Shown here: piece by piece, positions 62,519 through 64,000 of the stretch
Numbering within the stretch: position 1 is the stretch's first letter
How the letters are laid out: every line of letters starts with the position of its first letter
IMG/VR virus record: IMGVR_UViG_3300037424_002358
Coordinates: 1 to 64,000 of that record
Source of the DNA: a virus
DNA length: 64,000 bases
Strand: one strand, 5' to 3'
The notes under the pieces: generated by a model
Told to the model about the DNA's origin: nothing
The model's database searches: none
What the model saw: only the letters and a program-made list of their open reading frames with translations
Translations under genes and position numbers: made by a program

Positions 62519-63342
62519 GGGGTCACGACGGTCATTTTCGCCCGGAAATCTCTGCGGGTCGTGAGCAGGCCAGCCTGGGCTAGTTCTTCCGCCAGCCCCG
62601 CCAGAGCGGCCCGGTGCTGGCCCTCGCCGAAGCCCCACTCGGCGACGGCGGCGACCCGGAGGAAGACGCCGGTATCGGAGCGGCCCCACGTCCAGCCGCT
62701 CACGCCGAGGTCCTGCGCGGCAGCCTCAATGGCGGAGCGCAGGTCGGGCGTCAGCGGCGTCCAGAACTCCAATTCGCTCACGGGTTCGCCCTCGCCCTCG
62801 CCAGCCGCCTCCATGATAAGGACGCTCTCCTGCCCGAACATCTCGGCGGTATCCCGCAGAAGTTCCAGCGCTTCGCCGTCCCCGCGATAGCCGACGACCC
62901 AGGTCGGCTCGTGGGTGACCTCGCCTGTGTCCTGGCGCGTGTAGCCGCCGACGCCCGGAGCCACGGTCACATACGAGACCGTGGAAATCTCCCGTAGCCG
63001 TTCCCCGAAGACTCGCATCTCCTGAAAGACCTGCTTGGCGGGGATGCCTGGCTTAGCGGACGTGATCCCGACGGCCTTCGGCCCCGGCCCGCCTCCGGGC
63101 TGACTGCCCCCCACCTCGCCCGGACGCCCCTCGTGTCCGAAGTGCCCTGATCCAGGGCCACCACGTTCTACGCCGAGAGGCTCCGGGACGATCTCGAACG
63201 GGCCGTCGTCCATCGTGATGAGATGCCCGCCCACCTCGACCGTTTCGCCCTCAGTCAGGCGGACGAACTGCGCGCCGGTCACCTGCGTCCGGCTACCGCT
63301 GTAGCGCTCAGCACCTTCGTAGCGGTCCATGATGAAGCCCAT
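62515..63342 (-). CDS. putative head-associated protein with GGPGSG tag
   Basis: GGPGSGHFGHEGRPGEVGGS at 63103-63162, followed by an unknown domain. Confidence 0.75.
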   Translation of the reverse strand: MGFIMDRYEGAERYSGSRTQVTGAQFVRLTEGETVEVGGHLITMDDGPFEIVPEPLGVERGGPGSGHFGHEGRPGEVGGSQPGGGPGPKAVGITSAKPGIPAKQVFQEMRVFGERLREISTVSYVTVAPGVGGYTRQDTGEVTHEPTWVVGYRGDGEALELLRDTAEMFGQESVLIMEAAGEGEGEPVSELEFWTPLTPDLRSAIEAAAQDLGVSGWTWGRSDTGVFLRVAAVAEWGFGEGQHRAALAGLAEELAQAGLLTTRRDFRAKMTVVTP

Positions 63343-64000
63343 CAGTTCACCTTCTCGCGGCCGTAGAAGCGCACGACCTCCGGGTGGTCAATGGAAAAGC
63401 GCGTCATGACCTCGTGACCATGATTGGTCTCGGCCCACGACCTGAGACTGCTGTCCGCCGTGACTTGCGGTTGCCACTCGTCGTATACGCTCCGGTCCGC
63501 CGAGCCGTAGGCATCCGCGATCTTTCCGGTGTCCCATCCCGCGCGTCCGGCTGCATTCTCTGCCGGCTGGAAACGGTAGAGCCAGCGATTGCCAGCGTAG
63601 TCCGTCCCGACAGCCCTGATCTCGGCCAGATGATTCTTGCAGGCGAATATGATGTCCTCAGGCGAGAATGCTCTGCCCGATGGATGGGAATGCGTCAGCG
63701 TACTGCCCCTCATGGTCGCCTGCTCTTCGTCAGTCCAAAATATCCCGGCGCCCTTGGGGTCATCCCAGCCCGTGCCGATCTTCTCAATGAGGACTTCGCC
63801 AGAGGCATCCACGGCGTAGGCTTTCTCCGCATCGTCGTGACCACGCGAGTATAGATCACTTTCGGCGGAGCGGATCGCTTCCTGCGCGGCCGATGATGGA
63901 TCAAACTGGACTCCGACGTATTCCCGCTCCTGGTAGGTCTTGAGACCCTCGCCGATCAGCGAGCCGCCGGAACCGACGACTTCCCGCATGCCTCCGCCCC
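63342..64000 (-). CDS. JAB/MPN-like domain protein (likely 5' truncated)
   Basis: EKAYAVD...LTHSHPSGRAFSPED (E...HxH...S..D); frame stays open to the window edge (GGG-M). Confidence 0.7.
   Translation of the reverse strand, partial: GGGMREVVGSGGSLIGEGLKTYQEREYVGVQFDPSSAAQEAIRSAESDLYSRGHDDAEKAYAVDASGEVLIEKIGTGWDDPKGAGIFWTDEEQATMRGSTLTHSHPSGRAFSPEDIIFACKNHLAEIRAVGTDYAGNRWLYRFQPAENAAGRAGWDTGKIADAYGSADRSVYDEWQPQVTADSSLRSWAETNHGHEVMTRFSIDHPEVVRFYGREKVN

Noticed and set aside
1-64000. Integrase, att sites, terminase, portal, IS elements, stop-codon recoding
   Set aside because: None recognised in the window; genes read normally in the standard code, so lifestyle (temperate or lytic) cannot be determined here

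Overview
The window is entirely phage-like, GC-rich and has no host housekeeping genes. It looks like part of a large long-tailed (siphovirus-type) phage or prophage. The host is probably a monoderm, possibly Chloroflexota; this is inferred from the sortase, the LCP protein and the Pro/Thr-rich secreted proteins. From left to right it contains: (1) a recombination, replication and regulation block (Rad52/Sak, SprT-like protease, HTH regulator, replication initiator with internal repeats, PolX, nuclease-LuxR fusion); (2) a lysis-like block; (3) the tail and head-tail genes on the minus strand; (4) about 23 kb of glycan and cell-envelope genes inserted between the head-tail connector and the capsid genes (glycosyltransferases, a CDP-3,6-dideoxyhexose pathway, methyltransferases, an LCP lipoprotein, an endolysin, a sortase-like enzyme next to its PxTG substrate, and a tRNA-Met); (5) major capsid protein, prohead protease/scaffold and a ChaB protein; (6) an accessory block (mosaic small-gene array, HNH, GT2, two radical SAM enzymes); (7) probable head-cargo genes running off the right edge. 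Terminase, portal and integrase are not in the window. Best candidate novel systems: a phage-encoded virion glycosylation system with a putative [S/T]-G-[S/T] sequon in the exposed structural proteins; a sortase + PxTG substrate + LCP surface-display system; a conserved GGPGSGHFGHxGRPGEVGGS putative capsid-cargo tag; and a regulon of sigma70 promoters sharing a TACC-N6-GGTA operator. All family calls come from reading motifs by eye, not from database searches.
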